DNA of 63,455 nt, counting the filler, from Octopus bimaculoides (taxonomy: Eukaryota), in the NCBI RefSeq assembly GCF_001194135.2. It is 4 parts of 4 records of this genome, joined end to end, with 100 filler letters (N's around TTAATTAATTAA, not from the genome) between each part and the next. Parts side by side here need not be neighbours in the genome. Positions count along the whole stretch, not along the records: positions 1 to 21,614 come from NC_069009.1; positions 21,715 to 48,900 come from NC_068998.1; 2 more parts are not named here. The stretch is one strand, 5' to 3'. The notes beneath the pieces are model-generated. The model was not told the DNA's origin. It did not search any database and saw nothing but the letters and a program-made list of their open reading frames with translations. This document shows, in pieces, positions 11,786 to 24,725 of the stretch. Positions within the stretch are counted from its first letter, which is position 1. Each line of letters begins with the position of its first letter. The translations under genes and the position numbers were made by a program.

Positions 11786-12244
11786 CCGGCTCGTCAACTT
11801 TTCTACTCTCTCTCACCCACCCCTCTCCCTCTCGTTTTCTCCCAATCTCATCCCCCTCCCACACCCCTGTCATCTCCGCTCTCTCACTCACGCTAACTAC
11901 CTCCTACTACAGCCACTCTCTCCATCCTTACCGCCTCCCACTCTCCCTCTTCGATTGATTATTTCAATAACATTTGTCCAAGTTTTGTTTAAACAACCTC
12001 AATGAGTTTTGGGAGGAAGAGGAGGAGGAGGAGGAAAGGTTAGAGGTGTGAGCTGTTGTTGGTTGACTTCTCGCCCAGCAACACTGCAACTTGAAAGACA
12101 TTCCAGCCATGGCAAATACCTCTTGTTTTCCATTAGAGAACGCTTTTTCTTGCTACTAATTGCAACTGTCCATGTTATTCCCTTAATATTACTACTACTA
12201 CTACTACTACCACTATAATATAATGGTAACGATTATTACTATAA

Positions 12245-12300
<56 letters not shown>

Positions 12301-12549
12301 TAACCTATGCGTTTAAGACCGTTAATAACACGGTCAGTAAACATTGATTTACTGGACAAAGAAATCCATCTTGTCTGTGTGCCCTGCTCGAATGTGTGTG
12401 CGTGCGTTTGTGTATATACACACATGCTTGCATGTGTGTTGCCTATCTGTACCTCTGTCAGATTTTACTGTGTGTGTGTGTATATATCTATACCGACCTA
12501 TTTCTGAGTGTCTCTCCAGATTAGATTTAGCTTCTCGGGAGAAAAGCAC

Positions 12550-12675
<126 letters not shown>

Positions 12676-12780
12676 TGTGTGTTTGAATATATAGACACAC
12701 TGGCTAAATGTCATCTGGAAATATGGATACAATGTGTGTATATAGACTGGATAAACAGATCGACACAGGGTGTATATATT

Positions 12781-13338
<558 letters not shown>

Positions 13339-13339
13339 C

Positions 13340-14040
13340 ACACACTGTTTAAATGGAATACGGTGTGTATGTTTTAGTCAAATGAACACGGCTACGGTGC
13401 GTTGAAACTGTGTGGATAGATAGATACAGTGTGTAAATGCTAAGTGGATAGATGGACACAGTGTGTAGATGTTAACTGACCAGAGTTCTCGACCATTTTT
13501 TTAATCTATGGACACCTTTGATAACTATTTTATTTTGGTCGATCTCATTCATATCCATTCGATGTTTAAAAACTAGTTTTATAGGAAACTTCTTTCAAAA
13601 TTCCTCTTTTGTTCATCACACATGTAACTTGTGTAGGTTGAACTATGTCAAATGTTAGAGAAAGAAACCGAGCTGTTTTTTTGCAATACATCTAATGGAA
13701 AATATTTTCAAGGGTTCTTCAAATATCATTGTAGATGCCCAATCTGCTATTCTGTTGCATGGATCCCAAAAAATCTTATATGGACCCTCAGGGGCCATAT
13801 GAACTCCACTTGAGAAAAACGGGATAGACAGTGTGTAGATGTTGACTACAAATAGATTGGAGAGATAGACACATTGTGTAAATGTCGAGTGAATAGATAG
13901 ACACAGTGCTTGGATGTCGAGTGAATAGATAGACACAGTGTTTAGATGTCGAGTGAATAGATAGACACAGTGTTTAGATGTCGAGTGAATAGATAGACAA
14001 CGTTTAGATGTTGACTGGATGGATAGACGCAGTATGTAGA
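13340..14040. repeat. Minisatellite of about 31 bp (agacacagtgtttagatgtcgagtgaatagat) interrupted by a degenerate hAT-like MITE (about 13481-13820)
   Basis: Clear units at 13860-14040 and decayed units at 13400-13480. The insert starts cagagttctcgacc and ends ggaccctcaggggccatatgaactccacttgagaaaaac. Confidence 0.7.
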
Positions 14041-15656
14041 TATTGACGAGATTACAGAGTTGCTGAAGGGCCGCGAATTTCGTTCATTGCCACATATGTC
14101 TAAATAAACAATGAGATGATCACAGATGACTATTTTTTTATCATAGGTGATGGGTCAGAATTGACCTTGGGCTAAAAAAAACAACAATAGCAACAATATA
14201 GCCACTAATACGAAGTACTACGCTATACATTTGATGGTGTAGCCATAGGTGTATTAGAATTGATTGAAAAAAGTCGGGATGGTCACGGATGGAGTACCTC
14301 GTTCAAATAAGACTGACCTGAGTAACACCGTTTAGCTGAACAGACGCTAGATAAGCACTCTGCATCTTCACGGATTATCTTCGCATCCACCACAACCCAT
14401 CCCTGCCCCCCCCCACCTCCAACACATTATCTCTATGTTTATTATCGGTCACGCTGAATTAAAATCTTCCCTTATTTCTTATCCCTTNNNNNNNNNNNNN
14501 NNNNNNNNNNNNNNNNNNNNNNNNNNNNNNNNNNNNNNNNNNNNNNNNNNNNNNNNNNNNNNNNNNNNNNNNNNNNNNNNNNNNNNNNNNNNNNNNNNNN
14601 NNNNNNNNNNNNNNNNNNNNNNNNNNNNNNNNNNNNNNNNNNNNNNNNNNNNNNNNNNNNNNNNNNNNNNNNNNNNNNNNNNNNNNNNNNNNNNNNNNNN
14701 NNNNNNNNNNNNNNNNNNNNNNNNNNNNNNNNNNNNNNNNNNNNNNNNNNNNNNNNNNNNNNNNNNNNNNNNNNNNNNNNNNNNNNNNNNNNNNNNNNNN
14801 NNNNNNNNNNNNNNNNNNNNNNNNNNNNNNNNNNNNNNNNNNNNNNNNNNNNNNNNNNNNNNNNNNNNNNNNNNNNNNNNNNNNNNNNNNNNNNNNNNNN
14901 NNNNNNNNNNNNNNNNNNNNNNNNNNNNNNNNNNNNNNNNNNNNNNNNNNNNNNNNNNNNNNNNNNNNNNNNNNNNNNNNNNNNNNNNNNNNNNNNNNNN
15001 NNNNNNNNNNNNNNNNNNNNNNNNNNNNNNNNNNNNNNNNNNNNNNNNNNNNNNNNNNNNNNNNNNNNNNNNNNNNNNNNNNNNNNNNNNNNNNNNNNNN
15101 NNNNNNNNNNNNNNNNNNNNNNNNNNNNNNNNNNNNNNNNNNNNNNNNNNNNNNNNNNNNNNNNNNNNNNNNNNNNNNNNNNNNNNNNNNNNNNNNNNNN
15201 NNNNNNNNNNNNNNNNNNNNNNNNNNNNNNNNNNNNNNNNNNNNNNNNNNNNNNNNNNNNNNNNNNNNNNNNNNNNNNNNNNNNNNNNNNNNNNNNNNNN
15301 NNNNNNNNNNNNNNNNNNNNNNNNNNNNNNNNNNNNNNNNNNNNNNNNNNNNNNNNNNNNNNNNNNNNNNNNNNNNNNNNNNNNNNNNNNNNNNNNNNNN
15401 NNNNNNNNNNNTGAGTTCAAATTCCGCCGAGGTCGACTTTGCCTTTCATCCTTTCGGGGGTCGATAAATTACGTACCAGTCGATGTATATCGATTAGAGT
15501 CCTCCACCAAAATTTTAGGCCTTGTGCCTAAAAAGTGGAAAGAATTATTATTATTATCATCATCATTACTATTGTTATTACTATTATAAAATAAAAATAT
15601 GCAGTAAAAGAATTCCATTAGTAGTTTCTGGGTTTTTTCCTTTGGTTTTTCACTCA

Positions 15657-15703
<47 letters not shown>

Positions 15704-16241
15704 CGCACGCACACACGCGCGCACACACACACACATACACAAGCATATGAACGTATGTGTACGCCTACCACCACGAAAAGTTCATGTAGCTTAGAAAAGA
15801 GTGACTCTCAAATTGACACACGCGCCCCGCACATGCGTATGTATGTGCAGTTTCATTAGTGCCAATGGACGAAACTCTTGGCCCTTGAGCAACTCTGTAA
15901 CTTCTACCAATTAATTGAAATAGATAGATAGATAGATAGATAGATCGATAGATAGATCGATAGATCTGGGAGCGAGAGGTGAAGTCACTAAGTTACTGAA
16001 AAGGCTGTAAGCAGCGACGAAAGATTTTTTACTACCCAATAACCGATTGATTGCTTAACCAGCACATTAAATAAACGATCAGTTAGTTTGTTGGTTAAGT
16101 ATTTAACCAATTGATTAACAATAAAGAACTGGTATTGAAGCAGTGTCTGTTGTTATTCGCATAATAACCCTTCCAAGACGACAAAATTTCTTTGAATATA
16201 CGAATTCCAATCAAGAAACTTGCAGCCCAGATCCAAAATCA

Positions 16242-16280
<39 letters not shown>

Positions 16281-16282
<2 letters not shown>

Positions 16283-16443
16283 GACGCAGCGTGGTTGCGT
16301 GGTAAGAAGCTTGCTTCCTTACCACATGGTTCCAGGTTCAGTTCCACTGTGTGGCACCTTAGGCAAATGTCTTCTACTATAGCCTCGGGCCGACCAAATC
16401 CTTGTGAGCAGGTTTGATAGGCTGAAACTGAAAGAAGCCCGTC

Positions 16444-16477
<34 letters not shown>

Positions 16478-16965
16478 CGTGAGAGAATTAGGGTTTGGGG
16501 GTTCATCCCACTAAGGGATAGTATCTATCCAGTATACTACTGGGAGGGTACCCAATTATTGCTACACTAGTGCTATACTAGGTGCAATCAATGGGAGCGG
16601 GTAAAAGTCTAGGTTTTACCCAAAATTTGTGTAACAATTAGAAAATGGAGGATAATATGCTGAACCCANNNNNNNNNNNNNNNNNNNNNNNNNNNNNNNN
16701 NNNNNNNNNNNNNNNNNNNNNNNNNNNNNNNNNNNNNNNNNNNNNNNNNNNNNNNNNNNNNNNNNNNNNNNNNNNNNNNNNNNNNNNNNNNNNNNNNNNN
16801 NNNNNNNNNNNNNNATTGGTGTGTTTATTTCCCTGTATATTAGCGGTTCGGCAAAAAAAAAAACCCCCATAAAATAAGTACTAGGCTTATAAAGAATAAG
16901 TCCTGGGGTCGATTTGTTCGACTAACGGCTGTGCTCCAGCATGGCGACAGTCGACTGAAACAAAA
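16281..16965 (+). mobile_element. CORE-like SINE: head 16281-16443 and tail 16816-16965, interrupted by an unrelated insert and an N gap
   Basis: Head gtggtaagaagcttgcttcc...ggcacctt.ggcaaatgtctt; tail ggttcggcaaaa...gtgctccagcatggc. Confidence 0.8.
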
Positions 16966-16981
16966 GAATATATATATAATG

Positions 16982-17025
<44 letters not shown>

Positions 17026-17394
17026 TGCACATTTATACATTATACACACGCATGCTCATTTATGTATGAACATACACACACACACCACATGCATTTTTCT
17101 GCCATTTAAAATGTTTATATGTGAGTGGGAGTGTAAATTCGTGTTTTGTCTCCTCGAGGGCATCCTTTTCTTAATCTATTTCCTACGCCTCAATATTCTT
17201 AAATCTCACTAAATTTCCTCTTCAACAAATAGTGTTAAATGATATTTTCTCACTCCAAACCCCAACCCGTGGCTTCTGCCTTTTTCAATTTTCTGATGAT
17301 GCGTTGTAAACCAGCAGATGTCTAATGGTACTTAGTTATCTCCCTTCTCTGAATGACACCTCTCCAGCAGGGGGAGGCTGATAAAATATTTACG

Positions 17395-18080
17395 AGTCGT
17401 TTAGCCCCAAGTCAGTGCTAATCCAGCTGTGACCATCCAATTTTTATTCATAGTGTATCTAGGACTACATCATATAATGTATATTGTTAGTATTAATTGG
17501 TTTTGTTGTTTAGCCCCAGGTCAGTTCAGATCCAAACAGAACTATGACCAATGTTGTTCCAGCTGTGACCATCCCATCTTTTAATCATAGTATATCTAGG
17601 ACTACATAATCTAATGTATAGAATGATACTGTTAGTGCCTAATACTATTAGTGCCTATTGTTGCTGTTTAACCCCAGGCCAGTCGTGATCCAGCAGACCG
17701 ATGATCAAAGGTGGTGCTTCTCTGATAATTCCATCTTTCAGTCAGACATATTGTATTTAGGAGGACATTATCTGGTGTTACTTATTAGTGGCTGTTCTTG
17801 TTGGTGGTGTTGTTTTAGCACACGTCAGTTTTGATCCAACAAGCCTATGGTCAAAAATGTTTCAGCTATGACCATCCCATCTTTTAATCAGTCATAGTGT
17901 ATCTAGGACTACGTTATCTAAAGTAACAGTATAGTAGTTAGTTATATTAGAGGCTGTACTTGCTGTTGGTGTTGTTTTGGCCCTTGTCGGTCTTGGTCCA
18001 ACAAACCTATGGTCAGAGATGTTCTAGCTATTACTATCCTATCTTTTAATCAGTCATAGTGTATCTGGGACTACATTATT
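17395..18080 (-). repeat. Second tandem array of the same repeat, in inverted orientation
   Basis: Recurring tttagccccaggtcag, gaccatcccatctttt and agtgtatctaggactacat, about 5 units. Confidence 0.88.
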
Positions 18081-18274
18081 TAATGTATAATGTAGTAGTC
18101 AGGAAGGATTGTTGGCTCTATCAAATTCAACCACAAGGCTTTGGTCGGCTCGTGGGCAGTGGGACTGAACATGAAAAGACGTGGCTGCAAAGCGAACTCT
18201 TTAAGCACACAACCATGTCTGCGCTTTGCAATCTTTTATTATTGGCCAAAAAGAAAAAAAAATAGCACGCCTGA

Positions 18275-18400
18275 CAAAATGCTTAGCTGTATTTCGTCCG
18301 ACGCCTTTACATTCTGAGTTCAATTTCGCTGAGGTCAACTTTGCCTTTCATCCCTTCGGGGGTCGATAAAATAAGAACCAGTTGAGCACTAGGGCCGATC

Positions 18401-18447
<47 letters not shown>

Positions 18448-18805
18448 GTTCAAATTTCGCCGAGGTCGACTTTATTCTTTCGGGGTTATCGTACCACTTG
18501 CGTACTTGGGTCGCTCTAATCGATCTAAGTGACTTGCCCCTCCCCCAGAATTTCAGGCCTTGTGCTTTTACTAGAAGGAATTATTATTGTGATTATTTAA
18601 GGCGATGAGCTCGCAGAATCGTTATCACGCTGGACGATATGCTTAGCGGTCCTTCGTCTGTCGCTCCGATCTGATTTCAAATTCCATCGAGGTCGACTTT
18701 GCTTTTTATCCTTTCGAGGTCGATTACCAGTGAAACACTGGGATCGATGTAATCGACTAGTCCACTCCCCGCAAATATCAGGTCTTGTACCTTTAGTAGA
18801 AAGGA

Positions 18806-18810
<5 letters not shown>
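18275..18810 (+). mobile_element. Cluster of third-family tRNA-derived SINEs (central domain ggtcgactttgcctttcatcctttcggggtcgataaa, resembling the Meta domain)
   Basis: Repeated head gagctggcagaatcgttag...gagttcaaatt plus the central domain, separated by (TTA)n tails. Further + strand copies at about 15412-15540, 20130-20290, 20480-20850, 58720-58850 and 59800-59860. Confidence 0.85.
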
Positions 18811-18866
<56 letters not shown>

Positions 18867-19249
18867 GATGACGATATGAGATAGTTTTGGCTGCTGGTCT
18901 GGTCGATCTTGTATTGCGTGATGGGGGTGGGTGAAATTGGATGGTTTAAGGAGAAAAAGCTAGAAGGTGGTGTTGGGGTGGAGTGGGTCACGCACATACA
19001 CATATCTACTGTCATCCCCACTCTATTCACCAATCCCACCCCATCCCCAGTCAGCCAATCTAACGCTCAGATTTATCGGACCATATCGATCTTGCTTTGA
19101 CAGACATAAATCACAAGAGCACACAAATCGTGAACCAAATATAAAATCTAAACAAAAGTGTAAAAATAATAATATAAATATCAATGAACGGTAAAAAAAA
19201 AACAAAAAAAAAACACAGAAAATGGAGAGAAAGAGAGATAAATAGAAAT

Positions 19250-19619
19250 ATATCATAACAACGATAACAAGAACAATGACAATCACGGCGCCGACGTCAT
19301 CAGTGATGGTGGTTACAATAGCAACAATAACAACAGAGAATACAACAACAAGAGTAAGGGCAATAATAGGTAGCTCTACAGTTACAGTAAAAACAATTAC
19401 AACCACAATAACAACAATAGCAAAAAACCACAATAGTAATAACTACAGTGACAACAACAACAACAACAACAACACCAGCATCAACAGCAGCAGCAACAAC
19501 AAAAACAACAGCAACAATAATAACAACAGTAATAAAAACAACAGTAGCATAATAACGACAACAATGACAACAACAGCAGCAGCTGCACTAACGACAGTAA
19601 ATACAAGAGGAACATTAGC

Positions 19620-19663
<44 letters not shown>

Positions 19664-19665
19664 GG
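19250..19665. repeat. (CAA/CAG/TAA)n-rich low-complexity tract
   Basis: Directly visible; it produces spurious poly-T/N/V ORFs. Confidence 0.92.
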
Positions 19666-19837
19666 TAGTTGTTAACAATGCAATGATTGTGTGATGTGTG
19701 AGTCAAGAAAATTTTAGTCATCTCCTGCAAAGGCATTGAGGGTGGATGGGCGTGTGAGGACGGGTGGGAGTGCGGCGGAGTGATGGATGGGCGGGTGGGA
19801 TGCAGAAACATTCCAAACTTAACTATTATCATCTGCT

Positions 19838-19871
<34 letters not shown>

Positions 19872-20884
19872 CAATCGTCATTATCATTATCTTCGTCAAT
19901 ATTTATATCATTTATATTAGCAGCATCACCATCCTAACCATCACCATCCGACAACTGTCATCATGATTATCGTGTTGTCACCACCATCATCGTTATCATC
20001 ATCATCACCACCACCACCACCGTCATTGTCATCATCGTCAGCATCATCAACATCTTTCCATCACCATCAGAATTGTTGGCATCAGACGAAATACCTTAGT
20101 GTTTTGGAGCTTTTTTTTTTTTATCCCATCTCAACATTTCGAGTTCAAGTTTCGCCGACGTCGACTTGGCTTTTTTTCTTTTCGAGATCGATAAAATAAA
20201 TACCAGCTGATCAATGGAGTCGATGTAATCGACTAGACCCACCACCTCAAAAATATTTCATCCCATGTTCTTATTATAGAAAGGGTTATTCCCTTTGGGA
20301 GTTCTACTTATTTATTTATCTATTTATTTATTATATCTTTCTCCGTTTTCTTCCTGTTTAGACGAACTTTCCTACTTTTTCGGACAAAACCTTTTGTAAC
20401 CTTCGTCCTGTCTTTGTCCTTATATGTTTTTAATTGATATTAGCCCTTGTGGCCAATAAAACGAATTAATTATTATTATTATTGGCAGAATCGTTAGGAC
20501 GCTGGACGAAATGCCTAGCAGTATTTCGTGGTGAGCTGGCAGAATCGTTAGCACACCGGACAAAATACTTTGTGGTATTTCATCCGTCTTTATGTTCTGA
20601 GTTCAAATTATGCCAAGATTGACTTTGCCTTTCATCCTTTCGGAGTCGATAAATTAAGTACCAGTGAAACACCGGGGGGTCCATGTAATTGACTCGTTCT
20701 CTTTCCCCAAGTTTCAGGCCTTGTACCTATATTAGAAAAGATTATTATTAAGGTAGCGAACAGGAAGAATCGCTAAAACGCTGGACGAAAAGCTTAGCGG
20801 TATTCCGCCCGTCGCTACATTCTGAGTTCGAACTCCGCCGTGAAATACTGCAGCCTACAATACTATGCTATCTGTTCTTTTCAA

Positions 20885-21185
20885 CTAACTGTCTAATAAT
20901 CTCCTGATTATTCCAGCCGTTCCGAAGAGGCAAACTTTTGCTCGACTGGGCGCTCTATTCCCATTTCCTTTGTATTCATCTTGATCCTGTCCCTCACGAC
21001 CCAACAATAATGCACACTATCTTCAACTTCTTCATTTTCCACAGTCGTACCATCTTGTGTGTGTTGCATCATTTCCTTGTTCCCAAGATGTGCAGCACAG
21101 ACTTTTTGAATCGTGTTTGGATGCTGCATTTGTTACTGCTGTGTAGCCACAAGTCAGACCCGATCCAAGGGTCCCACAGACCCAT
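20885..21185 (-). mobile_element. 3' fragment of a non-LTR retrotransposon with restriction-like endonuclease C-terminus (R4/Dong/NeSL-like)
   Basis: Broken frames read RLWKMKKLKIVCIIVGS*GT...KEMGIERPVE..VCLFGTAGIIRRLLDS*, the typical terminal motif of REL elements. Confidence 0.7.
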
Positions 21186-21614
21186 AAGACATGTCTCCCT
21201 ACTTACATCATCTCATCGCAAATCGCTTTTGTTTTTATTAACAAACCCGCGTGAGCATGGCAGAAGTATTCTCTCTACAAATAATGATAATCGCTTCAAA
21301 TTATTTGGTACAAGGTCAGCGCTTTTAACGGGGTAGTAAGTTGATTACATCGACCCCAGTGCTCAGTTAACTTTGCACACACGTTGTCTCGGGTTCAGTC
21401 CCACTGAGTGGCATCTTAGACAAGTCTTGTTGAATTTGCTAGGCGGAAATTGAGCGGAAGCTCGTTGTGTGTGTGTGTGTGTGTGTCTGTGGAAGAGCGT
21501 AGGCTCGAAACCTTAAAGACTTTTTCACTTCCCGAGCGTTATACTAATACATCTGTTTGTTTTCTACACTACCTGTCTTCGTCTTTTGTTTTTTTTGTGT
21601 GAATTTTCCCTATA

Positions 21615-21714
21615 NNNNNNNNNNNNNNNNNNNNNNNNNNNNNNNNNNNNNNNNNNNNTTAATTAATTAANNNNNNNNNNNNNNNNNNNNNNNNNNNNNN
21701 NNNNNNNNNNNNNN
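21615..21714. other. Artificial scaffold spacer (44N-TTAATTAATTAA-44N)
   Basis: Exactly 100 bp with a palindromic six-frame stop linker; identical at three sites. Confidence 0.95.
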
Positions 21715-22849
21715 GTTAAGTATTACGTGTAAAATACTTTCACTTCAAAAATAAAACTATTCCACTAACTGAGAATCATATTTCGATACTGTAATGACAG
21801 ATACTTTCACTTTAATACTTTCAATTTCATACTGAAACTATTGAAGTGAAACTATACTCTCACATATATACAGGTATACTATAAGAGCCAAGTTAAAAAC
21901 ATTCCCAACAATTCAACTTCTCTGGTTGACATTAACACATCCACCCCCAATAGGGGCCTTCATTCTCACATTTTAGAGCTCCATGATCTCCATTTTTCAG
22001 GAGCAAAATCCTTTTTACAGGTTCCAGAAGACTGAAATTTTGGAATATGTGCATAAAGATTAATAGTATGGGATACATGTCTCATGATTAAAATTTTTTT
22101 AGGGTGTGTAAAGAGGTAAAAAACCCTCATGTGAAATTTTGATGAAATTCGAATCATATCTATTCCAGTTCCTTACAGGAAATATAAGAGAAAAGTCTCA
22201 TCCTTCAATTGCATGTAACACAGGCAACTCCGGGTATCTCTGCTGGCGCAGAATAAATTCAAAATGTGAATACATAAGCATTGCACTTGGCAGAATAATC
22301 TGAGCACTAAAGTTTTCTAATGCAAAGAAAACAAAAATGATCAAAATAATCTGGTAATTNNNNNNNNNNGGGGGGGGGGCAGTAAACAAAAAGTATATTT
22401 ACCATCACCAAAGACTAGATTTTAGAACTATCAGCAAAATATGTCATTTGAAAGGAAATTATGTTCTGCAGTTTGCTGAGAAAATACAAGCAAATAAACA
22501 CCTGCAAGGTTTTGAAGCTAAGGACCAGAAAAATATCTAACAAGTTTCAAATTTTGATGTTAGTCACTACCTAATTGTTCTCAAAGCCTGTAAAAACTAA
22601 TTTCTTTTCAAGGAACATTGTCTAATGTAGTCCTTGTGTTTTTAAGGACAAGATATGATTTGAGAGAGAATTGCCTATTTTTAGCAAAAGAGACTGATAG
22701 AATAAGCACCAGGGTTACAAAAAAAAATACTGGGGTCAATTCACTCAGTTAAAAATTCTTCAAGACAGTGCCCCAGCATTGCCATAGTCTAAAGACAGAA
22801 AAAGTAAAGAGCAAAGGGTTGTGATGTATTCCATGAGCTGTACTTGCTT

Positions 22850-24440
22850 CAGTCTGATCTGACATGGTTTCTATGGCTGGATGTCTTTCCTAACACAAAG
22901 AGTTTAATGGGTGCTTCATACGTGCCACCGGAACAGGTGCCCTTACGTGCCACCAGTACAGGTGCCTGTTGCATTACACCAGCATTACCCACAACTGATT
23001 TCACATAGCTTGACGAGTCTTAAGCACAGCACATCACCAAAGTTCTCCATTTATCATCACCTGCATGAGGCCCAACATTCAAAGATCATGCTTCACCACC
23101 TTGTCCCATGTCTTCCTGTGTCTACCTCTATCACAAGTTCCCTCCATAGTTAGAGATTGGCACTTCTTTACACAACTGTCCTTGTCCATATGCACCACAT
23201 GACCATACCAGCACAGCTGTCTCTTATGCCCAATTCTTCTCTCTCGTACATGCACACTGACGTTGCACATCCAGCAAAGCATGCTAGCTTCGTTTCTTTC
23301 AAGCCTTCACATGTCCTCTGCAGTCACAGCTCCAGTTTCACTACCGTGTAACATGGCCATTCTCACAGACATCATACAATCTGCCATTCATTTTGAGGAA
23401 GAGGCCCTTTGCTACCAACAAAGGTAGATGCTCTCTGAACTTTGCCCAGCCTATTCTTATTCTAGCAGCTACGTTCTCGGAGCATCCATCTCCACTGCTG
23501 ACTTGGTCACCAGATAACAGAAGCTTTCAACTACTTCTAGGTGTCCCTTCTGGCATTTGATAGAATCTATCTTCTGTACGTTTACAGTGTTTATTGCACC
23601 TTTTCCTAGTTAGTTGGGCTATGACCCTCTCAATAACTTTCATCATCTGATCCTCTGTAATTATGTCTGTCTAAAGTATCACCTTTACCTTTGTACCAGT
23701 TGACTATGGTGCTACTACACCAATCATTGGGTATGACTACCTCGTGTACAACTCAATTAACTATATGGGTGACTAGACCATAACCCACACTGTCTGATGG
23801 GCTGGGAGCTTTCCTGGTCTTCATATCCTATGGCCTTATCTACCATGCTACTTCTATTCAGATTCTCCTTCTCCCATGTGTTCACCACATTTAGTAGCCT
23901 TTCATAGGGGAACTTCCAAGCCTCTTTCTTTGCAGAGTCACTAACTGCAAACGAATCATCATCCATGCAAATACCTCTCTCCAACATAACAATTTTCCCT
24001 GGTACACTGTCTTGCAAACCAAAACACTTGAAGTTGCTGGTGCTCACTCCACAGAACATGGCAAACTTCTTCCTTTCTGCTTCACCCCTAGCTAAGTATA
24101 CCTGCCTCCTCGCTTCCCTTCTAGCTGCCTGATATAACTCCTTGCTACTGCCACACTAACAATCCTTCCAAGCACAGTTCTTTGCTTTAATGGTCCTGTC
24201 AACCACATTGTTCTATCACCATGTCACCCTAGGTTTGGTTGGGGCTTTGCACCAACCACAAACGGTCTGTGGCTTTCAGTAAGTTGTCTCGTAAGAACAT
24301 CCAGTTATCCTCGAGGTTACAAATCTGTAACTCCTCCTCTTCCTCATTAAATGCTTCAGTTAGGATGTCTCTTCAAAAGAGACTGAAGCTTCCAGATAAA
24401 TCTTTTCCAAATTGGCTTGCTTCTTAGAATCCTTTGTGCC
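22850..24440 (-). mobile_element. Degenerate RTE-clade LINE fragments plus 3' UTR
   Basis: Frames give EKENL...IGYEDQES, LEVVESFCYLGDQVSSGDGCSENVAARIRIGWAKFREL and LCWYGHVVHMDKDSCVKKC...GRHRKTWDKVVKHDL, with many stops. Confidence 0.88.
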
Positions 24441-24558
24441 TGTAGTTTGAAGTCACTAATGCGTAACCTATGCTGAAAGTGCGGGGTGTGGGGAGAAAGA
24501 GGGCCAATATCTTTTCATTTATCTTTCAAAGCCACAAAATTTTTTCTGAATTACTAAC

Positions 24559-24725
24559 CTTCCAGTTGTTGTAATAACAATGATAGCAGCAGCATGACAC
24601 TTAAATGAAGCTTCAACAGCTGCAATTGCAACAGTGTGGGTAGCATCTGTTGGAGTTGGTGTCTGACGTCTGAGTTCTTCAAACAGTTGACTATGAAACA
24701 CAGCAGATTCAGCTTCACGAGCAAT
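24559..24725 (-). CDS. PKM: Pyruvate kinase exon, 167 nt ([20 protein letters not shown]...IIVITTTG-R), equivalent of vertebrate PKM exon 9/10
   Basis: Boundaries ttttcaaag|ATT ... GGAAG|gttagt. Sequence and length match the PKM M1/M2 exon. Confidence 0.97.

Noticed and set aside
21209-21276. Minus-strand AG...GTAAGT-bounded 68-nt candidate exon
   Set aside because: In the PK-compatible phase it stops after a few codons. The open frame (REYFCHAHAGLLIKTKAICDEM) is unrecognisable and lies among repeat fragments.
22198-22300. Minus-strand frame SAQIILPSAMLMYSHFEFILRQQRYPELPVLHAIEG as the next PK exon or an alternative M1/M2-like exon
   Set aside because: Only a vague resemblance. It hits a stop after about 100 nt, has no 167-nt phase-2 donor and lacks the RYRPR/RGIFP motifs.
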